From positions 8,068 through 72,067 of the forward strand of contig DASUFB010000049.1 in the NCBI GenBank assembly GCA_036274775.1: a stretch of 64,000 nt of DNA, written 5' to 3'. The translations under genes were made by a program, and so were the position numbers. This stretch comes from Burkholderiales bacterium. Lineage in GTDB: Bacteria > Pseudomonadota > Gammaproteobacteria > Burkholderiales > JACQAP01. The notes beneath the pieces were generated by a model. The model made no database searches. It worked only from the letters and a program-made list of their open reading frames with translations, and was not told the DNA's origin. This document shows, piece by piece, positions 28,391-37,520 of the stretch (positions are counted from its first letter, which is position 1; every line of letters starts with the position of its first letter).

Positions 28391-28420
28391 AGCCCCGCTT
28401 CTAGCGGGGCTTTTGTTTTT
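28391..28420 (+). terminator. Rho-independent terminator after groEL
   Basis: AGCCCCGC-ttcta-GCGGGGCT followed by TTTGTTTTT. A second hairpin, CGGGAAGC-cgtgcc-GCTTCCCG, lies just upstream. Confidence 0.85.
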
Positions 28421-28571
28421 ACAGGTCAACGGCGACCGCGGATGGCGCGTTCCCGGGTTGCAGCGACCGCGGCGGGCATGACGTTGACAATTGACCGGCT
28501 CCGCCAATTAAACTGTCGAAAAGCCCATGGTGGTCCCTGCTGCCGTGGCGCACAACGAGGGAGGAGACGAA

Positions 28572-30158
28572 ATGGCTGGGATCGCTAGCACCGGCGTCGT
28601 GAAGGAGGGTAGCCCCCCGGATTTCAGACCGGAAGAGAAGAAAGTCATCTTCGCTTCCTCGCTGGGTACGGTCTTCGAGTGGTACGACTTCTACCTGTAC
28701 GGAAGCCTGGCGGTCTTCTTCGGGAAGCTTTTCTTCCCGCCGGGCAATGAAACCGCGGCACTGCTGGCGAGCCTCGCGACCTTCGGTGCGGGATTCGCCG
28801 TGCGTCCCTTCGGGGCCCTGCTGTTTGGCAGGATCGGCGACATCATCGGCAGGAAGTACACGTTTCTCGTCACCATTGTCGTCATGGGCTTGGCGACCGT
28901 GCTCACCGGCATGGTGCCGACCTATGAGCACATCGGTTATTGGGCCCCCGTCCTGCTCGTGACCCTGCGGCTCGCGCAGGGACTTGCGCTCGGCGGCGAA
29001 TACGGCGGAGCCGCTACCTATGTCGCCGAGCATGCGCCGAACAACCGGCGCGGCTACGATACCAGCTGGATTCAGACCACGGCCACGCTGGGCATCGTGC
29101 TGTCGCTGCTGATCATCCTGGTTTGCCGCCTGAACATGGATCCCGCCGAATTCTCGGCGTGGGGATGGCGGATCCCGTTCTGGTTCTCCGCGATCCTGCT
29201 GGGCGTGTCGGTGTACATCCGGCTGAGGCTCCAGGAATCGCCCGTGTTCGCGAAGATCAAGGCCGAGGGCCGCACTTCCAAGGCGCCCCTGACGGAAAGC
29301 TTCACCAGGCCGCAGAACCTCAAGCTCGTGCTGATCGCGCTTTTCGGCGCCGTCGCGGGCGAGGGCGTGGTCTGGTATACCGGGCAGTACTATGCGCTCT
29401 ACTTCCTCATCGCCGTCCTCAAGGTCGACTACGTCACCGTGTATACGATGATCATGGTGGCCTTGCTGATCGGTACGCCCTTCTTCGTCGTGTTCGGCAG
29501 CCTCTCGGACAAGATCGGCCGGAAGAAGATCATGATGGTCGGGTTTCTGCTCGCGGTGCTGACCTACCTGCCGATATTCAACGCGTTCACGCATTTCGCG
29601 AACCCGGCCCTGGAAGAAGCGGTGAAAGCCAATCCCGTAGTGATCTACGGGGGGGATTGCGGCAAGGCGTGCGACAGCGCGCGCGACTATCTCGCGAAAA
29701 GCGGCGTCCCCTACACCCACGTGGCGCCGAAAGCAGGCGAAGAACTGGTGATGGCGGTCGGATCCTCCGAAGTCAAGGGCTTCGACGCCGCGGCGTACGC
29801 CGCGGCGCTGAAGGCGGCGAACTATCCGGCCAAGGCGGATCCCGAGCGCGTGAACCACGTCATGATCGTGGTGCTGCTGGTCATCCTGGTGATCTACGTA
29901 ACCATGGTCTACGGCCCCATCGCGGCATTTCTCGTGGAATTGTTTCCTACGCGGATACGGTACTCCTCGATGTCCCTGCCCTACCATATCGGCAATGGCT
30001 GGTTCGGCGGATTCGTGCCGTTGATCGCTACATCCGTCGTGGTTGCCACCGGAAACATCTATGCCGGCCTCTACTACCCGATCGGCGTGGCGCTGATTTC
30101 CCTGATCGTGGGATCGCTGTTCATCCGGGAGACCAAGAACAACGACATCCACGCATAG
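28572..30158 (+). CDS. MFS transporter (metabolite:H+ symporter-like) with an extra loop of about 92 aa between TM9 and TM10
   Basis: Strong SD GGGAGGAG 5 nt before ATG 28572. 12 predicted TM segments. MFS motif GRIGDIIGRK between TM2 and TM3, repeated as LSDKIGRKK after TM8. The insert is at 29580-29855. Confidence 0.85.
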   Translation: MAGIASTGVVKEGSPPDFRPEEKKVIFASSLGTVFEWYDFYLYGSLAVFFGKLFFPPGNETAALLASLATFGAGFAVRPFGALLFGRIGDIIGRKYTFLVTIVVMGLATVLTGMVPTYEHIGYWAPVLLVTLRLAQGLALGGEYGGAATYVAEHAPNNRRGYDTSWIQTTATLGIVLSLLIILVCRLNMDPAEFSAWGWRIPFWFSAILLGVSVYIRLRLQESPVFAKIKAEGRTSKAPLTESFTRPQNLKLVLIALFGAVAGEGVVWYTGQYYALYFLIAVLKVDYVTVYTMIMVALLIGTPFFVVFGSLSDKIGRKKIMMVGFLLAVLTYLPIFNAFTHFANPALEEAVKANPVVIYGGDCGKACDSARDYLAKSGVPYTHVAPKAGEELVMAVGSSEVKGFDAAAYAAALKAANYPAKADPERVNHVMIVVLLVILVIYVTMVYGPIAAFLVELFPTRIRYSSMSLPYHIGNGWFGGFVPLIATSVVVATGNIYAGLYYPIGVALISLIVGSLFIRETKNNDIHA

Positions 30159-30231
30159 GCGCAGCGTCAGAATCGGGAAGACCCGGTCCAGTTCGCCTGG
30201 TCTTCCTGGTTCGTTGTCCCGATTCGCGCCG

Positions 30232-30260
30232 TTGTCGCGATATCCCCATTGCCATATAAT
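30232..30260 (+). promoter_or_regulatory. sigma70-type promoter upstream of tRNA-Phe (TTGTCG-N17-TATAAT)
   Basis: -35 TTGTCG 30232-30237 (4/6), 17-nt spacer, perfect -10 TATAAT 30255-30260. Lies about 160 bp upstream of the tRNA. Confidence 0.5.
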
Positions 30261-30300
30261 GCGCCGCTTCGCATTGTGCGGCCCATGCCTGCGGGATGAA

Positions 30301-30349
30301 GGCTAGCCTGCCCTTGGGCAGGTTAAGGGCGCAGGCCCGGCCGGAACTA
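30301..30349 (-). repeat. Inverted copy of the TAGTTCCGG...TAACCTG-loop-CAGGYTAGCC hairpin repeat
   Basis: Reverse complement reads TAGTTCCGG-ccgggcctgcgccct-TAACCTG-cccaaggg-CAGGCTAGCC. It shares 9/9, 7/7 and 9/10 blocks with the unit at 30537. Confidence 0.7.
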
Positions 30350-30397
30350 AAATCCTTGTGTCGGCCATTGGCAGTGGTTGGACCCGTGGCCTCGCCA
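30346..30397 (+). pseudogene. Degenerate partial copy of the tRNA-Phe 3' half
   Basis: 30346-30364 ACTAAAATCCTTGTGTCGG equals tRNA positions 30453-30472 with one G of the anticodon deleted. 30374-30397 matches the T-arm/acceptor strand at 14/24. Confidence 0.55.
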
Positions 30398-30422
30398 TGG
30401 GTCGATAGTCTTGCAGCACAGT

Positions 30423-30498
<76 letters not shown>

Positions 30499-30536
30499 TT
30501 CCCTTCGGATCTTCAGCTTGTGTCGGCGGTTCGATT

Positions 30537-30651
30537 TAGTTCCGGCATAACCTGAAAGCAGGTTAGCCCCCGCTGAAACCGCTGCGCCGTTTTAGCTCCG
30601 GCATAACCTGGCGACAGGTTAGCCTCCACTGAAACAGGCATTCGCCTGTTT
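30537..30651 (+). repeat. Two tandem units (56 and 59 bp) of a hairpin repeat
   Basis: Unit 1 (30537-30592) reads TAGTTCCGGCATAACCTGaaagCAGGTTAGCCCCCGCTGAAAC.... Unit 2 (30593-30651) reads TAGCTCCGGCATAACCTGgcgaCAGGTTAGCCTCCACTGAAAC.... The AACCTG/CAGGTT stem is identical in both units; the loops differ. Confidence 0.8.
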
Positions 30652-30652
30652 T
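30632..30652 (+). terminator. Probable intrinsic terminator of the tRNA-Phe transcription unit
   Basis: AAACAGGC-attc-GCCTGTTT plus an extra T; this is the end of repeat unit 2. Confidence 0.55.
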
Positions 30653-30713
30653 CGCCCTTGGCCACCGCTCCCCTCCCATGCCTTGCAATGCCGCTTCACA
30701 CCATGTCCGCTGC

Positions 30714-30743
30714 TTGACAGCAGTGCGAGTGTGCCTTGATAGT
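30714..30743 (+). promoter_or_regulatory. Candidate sigma70 promoter of the TRAP transporter operon
   Basis: Perfect -35 TTGACA 30714-30719, 18-nt spacer, -10 GATAGT 30738-30743 (4/6). The -10 overlaps another TAGTTCCGG 9-mer (30740-30748). Confidence 0.4.
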
Positions 30744-30811
30744 TCCGGGCGTGAATCGTCCGGCGACCGCATCCGGCACCCATAAAAACTAGAATTCCAC
30801 TGGGAGCGAAT

Positions 30812-31801
30812 ATGAAATCCTGCAAGTCCCTCGCGCTGGCGCTGCTGGCGTTCGCCGCCGGCTGCAGCGCCCACGCCGCCGACATGACGCTGCGTTTCGG
30901 CACGCCGTTCGTCACCAACAGCAACCTGCACAAGGCGATGGAGAAGTTCGCCGAGATCGTCGGCAAGGAAAGCGGTGGCAAGATCCGCGTGCAGGTCTAC
31001 CCCGACAGCCAGATCGGCGACATCCAGCAGCTGATCGCTGGCATGCAGCTCGGCACGGTCGACATGTCCTACCTCGGCGTGGGCAATTCCGGCCAGCTCA
31101 AGGGCTGCGGCGCGCTGAACGTTTCCTATCTCCCCTACCTGTTCAAGAGCAAGCGCGCCGCCGAGGAATCGCTGAACGGCCCGATCTTCCAGGAGCTCTA
31201 CGAGCAATGCGCGCAGTCTTCGGGCGTGCGCATTTTCGCGGTGGGCGGCGACCGCAGCCCGCGCGCCATCGTCACCACCAAAGGCCCGATCATGAAGCCC
31301 GAGGACCTCAACGGGCTGCGCCTGCGCATCCCGCCGATCCCGATTTTCCGCGACACGTTCGAGGCGGTGGGCGTGAAGGTCGTGCCGCTGGGCCTCAACG
31401 AGGTATACATGGCGCTGTCGCGCGGACAGGTCGACGGCCAGGACAACGGCTTCGATCTGACGCTGACGTTCCGCTTCCACGAGGTTTCGAAATACTGGTC
31501 GGCCACCGACCACTGCTACGACCTGGGCGCGTTCTACGTGTCCGAACGCAGGTGGAAGACTTTCACGCCCGAGCAGCAGGCGCTGTTCAGGCGCGCGGCC
31601 GCCGAAGGCGGCAAGCTCGCCACCCGGCTCGGGGAGGAGTTCGACAAGAAGGGCCTCGAGGAGCTCAAGAAGGCCGGCGTGACCTATGTCGTGCCGGACA
31701 GGGCGGCCTTCCAGAAGGCCTGGGCCAACGTCTACAAGAACTACGAGGGCAAGGTCTGGCCGGAAGGCCTCGTGCAACGGATCAAAGCGGCACAGAAATA
31801 A
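30812..31801 (+). CDS. TRAP transporter substrate-binding protein (DctP family)
   Basis: Signal peptide MKSCKSLALALLAFAAGCSAHA. DctP-family fold motifs. Followed by the small and large TRAP permeases. Confidence 0.9.
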   Translation: MKSCKSLALALLAFAAGCSAHAADMTLRFGTPFVTNSNLHKAMEKFAEIVGKESGGKIRVQVYPDSQIGDIQQLIAGMQLGTVDMSYLGVGNSGQLKGCGALNVSYLPYLFKSKRAAEESLNGPIFQELYEQCAQSSGVRIFAVGGDRSPRAIVTTKGPIMKPEDLNGLRLRIPPIPIFRDTFEAVGVKVVPLGLNEVYMALSRGQVDGQDNGFDLTLTFRFHEVSKYWSATDHCYDLGAFYVSERRWKTFTPEQQALFRRAAAEGGKLATRLGEEFDKKGLEELKKAGVTYVVPDRAAFQKAWANVYKNYEGKVWPEGLVQRIKAAQK

Positions 31802-31802
31802 C

Positions 31803-32312
31803 GTGCTGGGCCTGCTCGACCATACCCTGCGCATCATCGAGCGCGGATTGGAATGGCTCATCGCCGCGCTGGTCGTCGCGCTGGTGGTAATCGTCGCTTC
31901 GCAGCTGGTCGACCGCCACGTGGTGACGCTGCCCATGGCCGCCCCGGACGCCTATGCCCGGGTTTTCCTGGTCTGGCTGACGTTCATCGGCTTCGCGCTC
32001 GCGGTCAAAAACGGCCTGAACATCCGCGTCGATCTCATCGACACGCGCCTGCCGCCGCGGGTCCGCCGCGGCCTCGACCACGCGTTCGACGCCGTCATGC
32101 TGTTCCTCACTGCCGTGGTGGGCATGAATTGCTGGCGCCTCGTCCTGATCGGCCGCGACCAGGAAAGGCTGGGCACCGTGTTTTCGGAAGCCTGGCCGTC
32201 GGCGGCGCTGTTCGCGTCCTGCATCCTGCTGGGACTGTTCCTCGTGCTGCGCATCGCGTTGCGGTTCGCCGGACGCGAAGTCGCGCAGCACCGGCCGGCG
32301 GGCACGGAGTAA
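31803..32312 (+). CDS. TRAP transporter small permease (DctQ family)
   Basis: GTG start 1 nt after the dctP stop. Four hydrophobic segments. Typical size of 169 aa. Confidence 0.85.
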   Translation: MLGLLDHTLRIIERGLEWLIAALVVALVVIVASQLVDRHVVTLPMAAPDAYARVFLVWLTFIGFALAVKNGLNIRVDLIDTRLPPRVRRGLDHAFDAVMLFLTAVVGMNCWRLVLIGRDQERLGTVFSEAWPSAALFASCILLGLFLVLRIALRFAGREVAQHRPAGTE

Positions 32313-32316
32313 GGCG

Positions 32317-33594
32317 ATGCTGCTGCTGCTGTTCGTGGCATTCATGCTGGCACTGCTCATCGGCTTCGACGTCGGCTTTTCGATGATTCTTTCGGCCTGG
32401 CTGGGCGTCGAATACCGCGGCGATGCCGTCGACCCGGCCATGATGCCCATATCCATGGTCGCAGGCGTGGATACCTACGCCCTGGTGCAGGTGCCCCTGT
32501 TCATCCTGGCCGGCGAGCTCATGAACCGCGGCGGCCTGACCCTGCGCCTGATCGATTGGGCCCAGGCGATGGTCGGGCGCGTGCGCGGCAGCCTTGGCCA
32601 TGTTTCCATCCTCACCAACCTCGTCATGGCCGGCGTCTCGGGTTCTGCGGTGGCGGACGCCGTGGCCACGGGAAAGCCGCTCATCCCGGCCATGCGCAAG
32701 GAAAAGTATGGCGAAGGTTTCGCCGGCGCCGTGATCGCCGCCGGGGCGCTGCTCGGGCCGATCATCCCGCCGTCGATTCCGATGGTGGTCTATGCGCAGC
32801 TCTCCAGCCAGTCCGTGGTCAAGCTGTTCATGTCCGGCGTCGTGCCCGGCCTGCTGCTGGCCGCCGGTTTCATGGCGGTCTGCTCGATCATGGCACGCGT
32901 GCGCGGCTACCCGAGCCGGCCGCCGGTCAGCCTGCGCGGCAAGGCGACCGCAACAGGCCGGGCGGGTTGGGCGCTGCTGATGCCGGTCATCATCCTCGGC
33001 GGCATCCGTTTCGGGCTCGTGACCGACACGGAAGCTGCCGCCGTCGCCGCCCTCTACGCGCTTTTCGTGAGCCTGTTCGTCTATCGCGGGGTCGGCTTGC
33101 GGGACCTGAAACCCATCCTCTATGAATCGGGCAGGTCGACGGCGATCATCCTGTTCCTGCTGGCCGCCGCCGGCCCCTTCAGCTGGCTCGTCGCGGAGAG
33201 CCAGATCAGCCAGACGGTGGTCGACGTCATCCAGCGCCTGTCCACGAACCCCGTCGTCGTGTTGCTCATCATCAACGGCTTCCTGCTGCTGATCGGCTGC
33301 ATCATCGAGCCCTTGCCCGCCATGATCATCTTCCTGCCGGTGCTGATGCCACTGGGCGCACAGCTCGGCATCGACCCGATCCAGTTCGGCGCGGTGGTGG
33401 TGCTGAACCTCATGATCGGACTGATGCATCCGCCGATCGGCCTGCTGCTGTTCGTGGTGTCCTCGGTCGGTAAAATTCGCATCACGCCGGTGATGTGGGA
33501 AATCCTGCCCTTCCTGGCCTGGGCGCTCGTCGTGCTGGCCCTGACCATCGTTTTCCCGCCCCTGACGACCTGGCTGCCCGCCCAGCTGCGGTGA
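32317..33594 (+). CDS. TRAP transporter large permease (DctM family)
   Basis: 425 aa polytopic membrane protein with a DctM-like N-terminus (MLLLLFVAFMLALLIGFDVGFSM). Confidence 0.92.
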   Translation: MLLLLFVAFMLALLIGFDVGFSMILSAWLGVEYRGDAVDPAMMPISMVAGVDTYALVQVPLFILAGELMNRGGLTLRLIDWAQAMVGRVRGSLGHVSILTNLVMAGVSGSAVADAVATGKPLIPAMRKEKYGEGFAGAVIAAGALLGPIIPPSIPMVVYAQLSSQSVVKLFMSGVVPGLLLAAGFMAVCSIMARVRGYPSRPPVSLRGKATATGRAGWALLMPVIILGGIRFGLVTDTEAAAVAALYALFVSLFVYRGVGLRDLKPILYESGRSTAIILFLLAAAGPFSWLVAESQISQTVVDVIQRLSTNPVVVLLIINGFLLLIGCIIEPLPAMIIFLPVLMPLGAQLGIDPIQFGAVVVLNLMIGLMHPPIGLLLFVVSSVGKIRITPVMWEILPFLAWALVVLALTIVFPPLTTWLPAQLR

Positions 33595-33598
33595 GCGT

Positions 33599-33638
33599 GT
33601 CGCCGCGTTCCTTCTCGGCGGAGAATGCGGCGACTTTT
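33599..33638 (+). terminator. Probable intrinsic terminator after the TRAP operon
   Basis: GTCGCCGC (33599-33606) pairs with GCGGCGAC (33627-33634), followed by TTTT. A perfect TATAAT hexamer at 33643-33648 may serve hemA. Confidence 0.55.
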
Positions 33639-33706
33639 GGCTTATAATCAGTACCCTCGACTGATCCCGGCCCCGCGCGCCGCCATGTTGACTGCGGCGG
33701 ATCCCG

Positions 33707-34960
33707 ATGCAGCTTTTCGCTTTCGGCATGAACCACCATACGGCACCGCTCGCGATGCGCGAGCAGGTGACCTTTCACGCCGAGGATCTGGAGCCCGCGC
33801 TGCGCGACCTGGTGTCCCGCGAGTCCGTGCGGGAGGCCGCGATCATCTCGACCTGCAACCGCACCGAGATCTATTGCAGCGCGCCGGACCCCGGCCGTGC
33901 GATCGACTGGCTGGCGCGTTTCCACCACCTGAAGGCGGCCGTGCTCGAGCCTTTCCTCTACACGCTGCCGCGCGAGCAGGCCGTCACGCATGCGTTCCGC
34001 GTGGCGAGCGGCCTCGACTCCATGGTCATCGGCGAGCCCCAGATCCTCGGCCAGATGAAGGACGCCGTGAAATCGGCGGAGCACGCCGGCACCCTGGGCA
34101 CGGTGCTGCACCGGCTGTTCCAGTCCACGTTCTCGGTTGCCAAGGAAGTGCGCACGCAGACCGACATCGGCACGAGCTCCGTGTCCCTGGCCGCCGCGGC
34201 GGTCAAGCTCGCCGAGCGCATCTACCCGAGCATCGCCGGCCAGCGCGTGCTCTTCGTCGGCGCCGGCGAGATGATCGAGCTCTGTTCGGCGCATTTTGCC
34301 GCCAAGCAGCCCCGCGACATGACCTTCGCCAACCGCACCGTGGAGCGGAGCGAGCAGCTGGCGGATCGCTATCGCGGGCGCGTCATCACGCTGAACGACC
34401 TGCCCGAGCAGCTTCCCCACCACGACATCGTGGTCACCTGTACGGCGAGCACGCTGCCGATCATCGGCAAGGGCATGATCGAGCGCGCCGTCAAGCTGCG
34501 CCGCCACCGGCCGATCCTGATGATCGACCTTGCGGTGCCGCGCGACGTGGAGGTCGAGGTCGCCGAGCTGGATGACGTTTTCCTGTACAGCGTGGACGAC
34601 CTCGGCAAGATCGTGCAGGAGGGGCTCGACAGCCGCCACGCCGCCGTCGCGCAGGCTGAAGCCATCATCAGCACCAACGTGCGCAGCTTCATGCACTGGC
34701 TCGAAAGCCGCGAGCTGGTGCCCACCATCCGCGCGCTGCGCGACCAGGTCGAGCGCGCGCGGCGCCACGAGCTCGACCGCGCCGCCCGCATGCTGGCGAG
34801 GGGGGATGACCCCGCGCGGGTGCTCGAGCAGCTTTCGCAGTCGCTCGCCAACAAATTCCTGCACGCCCCGACTCAGGCGCTCAACAACGCGGCGGGCAGC
34901 GAGCGTGACGCGCTGGTCGCCGCGCTGAGCCGCGTGTTCGAGATCAACCTGCCCGAATGA
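33707..34960 (+). CDS. hemA: Glutamyl-tRNA reductase
   Basis: [21 protein letters not shown], active-site region [15 protein letters not shown] fold VLFVGAGEM. Confidence 0.96.
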   Translation: MQLFAFGMNHHTAPLAMREQVTFHAEDLEPALRDLVSRESVREAAIISTCNRTEIYCSAPDPGRAIDWLARFHHLKAAVLEPFLYTLPREQAVTHAFRVASGLDSMVIGEPQILGQMKDAVKSAEHAGTLGTVLHRLFQSTFSVAKEVRTQTDIGTSSVSLAAAAVKLAERIYPSIAGQRVLFVGAGEMIELCSAHFAAKQPRDMTFANRTVERSEQLADRYRGRVITLNDLPEQLPHHDIVVTCTASTLPIIGKGMIERAVKLRRHRPILMIDLAVPRDVEVEVAELDDVFLYSVDDLGKIVQEGLDSRHAAVAQAEAIISTNVRSFMHWLESRELVPTIRALRDQVERARRHELDRAARMLARGDDPARVLEQLSQSLANKFLHAPTQALNNAAGSERDALVAALSRVFEINLPE

Positions 34961-36054
34961 AGCCGTCCATCGCCTCCAGGCTGGCGCGGCTTTCCGCCAG
35001 GCTGGAGGAGCTCAACGCCCTGCTCTCCAGCGAGGACGTCACCCGGGATCTCGACAACTACCGCAAGCTCACGCGCGAGCATGCGGAGATCTCCCCCGTC
35101 GTGGAGCTGTACCAGCGCTATCTCAAGTGCCAGTCGGACGTCGACGCGGCGCTCGCCATGGCGGACGATCCGGAAATGCGCGAGCTCGCCGACGCGGAGG
35201 TCAGGGAAGGCAGGCAACGTCTGGCTGCGCTCGAGGACGCGCTGCAGAAGGGGTTGCTGCCGGCCGATCCCAGCGACGAGCGCAACATCTTCCTGGAAAT
35301 ACGCGCCGGCACCGGCGGCGACGAATCGGCGCTGTTCGCGGGAGACCTGCTGCGCATGTACCTGCGCTATGCCGAACGCCAGGGCTGGCGCGTCGAGATC
35401 ATCTCGCAGAGCCCGAGCGAGCTCGGCGGCTACAAGGAGGTCATCGCCAGGATCGTCGGCTCGGGTGCCTACTCGAAGCTGAAGTTCGAATCCGGCGGAC
35501 ACCGCGTGCAGCGCGTGCCGGCCACCGAGACGCAGGGGCGCATCCACACCAGCGCCTGCACCGTGGCCATCATGCCCGAGGCTGACGCGATCGGGGAGGT
35601 CGACCTCAACCCCGCGGAACTGCGCATCGACACGTTCCGCGCCTCCGGTGCCGGCGGCCAGCACATCAACAAGACCGATTCTGCCGTGCGCATCACGCAC
35701 CTGCCCACGGGCATCGTCGTCGAATGCCAGGACGACCGCTCGCAGCACAAGAACAAGGCGCAGGCGATGGCCGTGCTCGCGGCGCGCATCCGCGACCAGC
35801 AGCAGCGCGCGCAGCAGGCGCAGCAGGCGGCAACGCGCAAGTCGCTGATCGGCAGCGGCGACCGCTCGGAGCGCGTCCGCACCTACAATTTCCCGCAGGG
35901 GCGCGTCACGGACCACCGCATCAACCTGACGCTGTACAAGATCGACCAGATCATGGACGGCGCGCTCGACGAGCTTCTCGGCGCACTCGCGGCCGAGCAC
36001 CAGGCCGAGCTGCTCGCGGCCATGGCCGAAGATACCTTCACCGCGCAGGCGTGA
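34957..36054 (+). CDS. prfA: Peptide chain release factor 1
   Basis: PAT-type RF1 with GGQ motif ([25 protein letters not shown]). The ATG overlaps the hemA stop. Confidence 0.96.
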   Translation: MKPSIASRLARLSARLEELNALLSSEDVTRDLDNYRKLTREHAEISPVVELYQRYLKCQSDVDAALAMADDPEMRELADAEVREGRQRLAALEDALQKGLLPADPSDERNIFLEIRAGTGGDESALFAGDLLRMYLRYAERQGWRVEIISQSPSELGGYKEVIARIVGSGAYSKLKFESGGHRVQRVPATETQGRIHTSACTVAIMPEADAIGEVDLNPAELRIDTFRASGAGGQHINKTDSAVRITHLPTGIVVECQDDRSQHKNKAQAMAVLAARIRDQQQRAQQAQQAATRKSLIGSGDRSERVRTYNFPQGRVTDHRINLTLYKIDQIMDGALDELLGALAAEHQAELLAAMAEDTFTAQA

Positions 36055-36896
36055 GCCCGACGGTACGAGGCCTGCTCCACGAGGCCGCCGCGGGACCGGA
36101 CGCGCGGCGCGAGGCGCAACTCCTGCTTGCCCATGCGCTCGGCGTTTCCCGTTCCTGGCTGATTGCGCACGACGACGCGCCCGTGGATGCCGCGGCGGCC
36201 GGGGAATACCGCGACCTCCTGTCCCGTCGCAAGGCCGGCGAGCCCGTTGCCTATCTCCTCGGCAGGCGGGAATTCCATGGGCTCGAGTTCCGCGTGGGGC
36301 CCGATGTGCTGATCCCGCGTCCGGACACCGAGACGCTGGTCGACGCGGCCCTCGGGCTTGCGGCCGCGCACGGTTGCCGCAGCATCCTCGACCTCGGCAC
36401 AGGCAGCGGCTGCGTCGCGGTGAGCCTCGCGCACGAGCTGCCCGGAGCACACGTGTGCGCGGTCGATGCGTCGGGCGCCGCGCTGCGGGTCGCGCGGGGA
36501 AATGCGGCCGCGCACGGCGTGGACGTGGAATTCCTCGAAGGCAGCTGGTTCGGCCCGGTCGTGGGCAGGCGCTTCGACATGATCGTTTCCAATCCGCCGT
36601 ACGTCGCGAGCGGCGATCCGCACCTGCTCGAAGGCGATCTGCGTTTCGAACCCGCCGCGGCGCTGGTGGGTGGCCGGGACGGGCTGGAGGCCATCCGCGC
36701 CCTGGTGGCCGATGCGCCGGCGCATCTGCGCGCCGGCGGTTGGTTGCTGCTCGAGCATGGATACGACCAGGCCGGGGCTTGCAGAGACCTTCTCGCCGCA
36801 ACGGGATTCGGCAGCCTGCTCGCGCTGCGCGACCTCGCCGGGCTGCCCAGGGTGGCCGGAGGGGCGCTATTGACGCCCGATTCACCCGCTCGTTAA
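36051..36896 (+). CDS. prmC: Release factor glutamine N5-methyltransferase
   Basis: GTG 36051 overlaps the prfA stop. SAM motif [13 protein letters not shown] and NPPY motif (VSNPPYV). Confidence 0.92.
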   Translation: MSPTVRGLLHEAAAGPDARREAQLLLAHALGVSRSWLIAHDDAPVDAAAAGEYRDLLSRRKAGEPVAYLLGRREFHGLEFRVGPDVLIPRPDTETLVDAALGLAAAHGCRSILDLGTGSGCVAVSLAHELPGAHVCAVDASGAALRVARGNAAAHGVDVEFLEGSWFGPVVGRRFDMIVSNPPYVASGDPHLLEGDLRFEPAAALVGGRDGLEAIRALVADAPAHLRAGGWLLLEHGYDQAGACRDLLAATGFGSLLALRDLAGLPRVAGGALLTPDSPAR

Positions 36897-36966
36897 CATC
36901 GTCCCTGACTTTGCGGGACCGGCGCCCGGCCGGCAGCCCCCTCTCCCAATTTCCAGAGGTAACACC

Positions 36967-37275
36967 ATGGACGTGCAGGACAAGATCAGGCAGCAGGTCA
37001 CGAGCAATCCGATCGTGCTGTACATGAAGGGCACGCCGGAGGCGCCAATGTGCGGATTCAGCGCCGCGGCCGTGCAGATCCTCGAGGCCTGTGGCGTCGA
37101 AAATGTCGCCACGGTGGACGTGCTGAGCGACCAGGAAGTGCGCCAGGGCATCAAGGAATATTCCAACTGGCCCACCATTCCTCAGCTCTACGTGAACGGC
37201 GAGTTCGTCGGCGGCACGGACATCATGCGCGAGATGTACCAGTCCGGCGAGCTGCAGAAGCTGTTCGGCAAATAG
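36967..37275 (+). CDS. grxD: Monothiol glutaredoxin (Grx4 family)
   Basis: CGFS active site ([13 protein letters not shown]) and [16 protein letters not shown]. Confidence 0.95.
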   Translation: MDVQDKIRQQVTSNPIVLYMKGTPEAPMCGFSAAAVQILEACGVENVATVDVLSDQEVRQGIKEYSNWPTIPQLYVNGEFVGGTDIMREMYQSGELQKLFGK

Positions 37276-37296
37276 GCGCGTCACGTCCGGAACAAG

Positions 37297-37325
37297 GGCC
37301 GGCCCGGTGCCGGCCTTTTTGTTTT
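37297..37325 (+). terminator. Rho-independent terminator after grxD
   Basis: GGCCGGC-ccggt-GCCGGCC followed by TTTTTGTTTT. Confidence 0.88.
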
Positions 37326-37366
37326 CGTCCATGCCGGCATCGCATAACATCTATACCGTCGGCGCT

Positions 37367-37384
37367 GGGCGGGGGGGGGCGGGG
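37367..37384 (+). repeat. G-tract GGG-C-GGGGGGGGG-C-GGGG (homopolymeric G9)
   Basis: Read directly from the sequence. Lies between the grxD terminator and the kinase gene, about 140 bp upstream of the kinase ATG. Confidence 0.9.
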
Positions 37385-37520
37385 CACCCGCTGAAATGGC
37401 CGTCGCCGCCCACCGCGGCACGTGCATGACGTGCAGGTACAATCCGTGCAAGCGGCTTCCGCGCGCGGCAGGCCGGCGGCCGCCGCGCCGGAGTCGAACA
37501 GAACAGGGAGAGGCAAGGCG

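Larger units (their letters stand above)
30517..30666 (+). pseudogene. Second partial tRNA-Phe 3' copy, split after the T-loop by a 115-bp insert
   Basis: 30517-30536 CTTGTGTCGGCGGTTCGATT matches 30463-30482 at 19/20. 30652-30666 TCGCCCTTGGCCACC matches 30483-30497 at 14/15. The two halves are separated by the tandem repeat 30537-30651. Confidence 0.65.

Noticed and set aside
30259-30306. 15-codon micro-ORF (MRRFALCGPCLRDEG) in the tRNA-Phe leader.
   Set aside because: Its ATG overlaps the predicted -10 hexamer, so it would lie upstream of the transcription start. It has no Shine-Dalgarno sequence. An ORF this short is expected by chance.
30537-30651. Tandem repeats of 56-59 bp as a mini CRISPR array.
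   Set aside because: There are only two directly abutting units with no unique spacers between them. The repeats are imperfect, and there are no cas genes in the window.
30812-33594. TRAP transporter operon as cargo of a genomic island integrated at tRNA-Phe.
   Set aside because: There is no integrase, excisionase, transposase or conjugation gene. Composition and codon usage look like the flanking core genes. The att-like tRNA fragment (30652-30666) lies before the operon rather than after it, and the next genes (hemA-prfA-prmC) are core.
34957-36054. Possible programmed +1 frameshift, as in the release-factor gene prfB.
   Set aside because: The gene is prfA (RF1) and is read as a single uninterrupted 365-aa frame. 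No internal in-frame stop or shifty site is needed.
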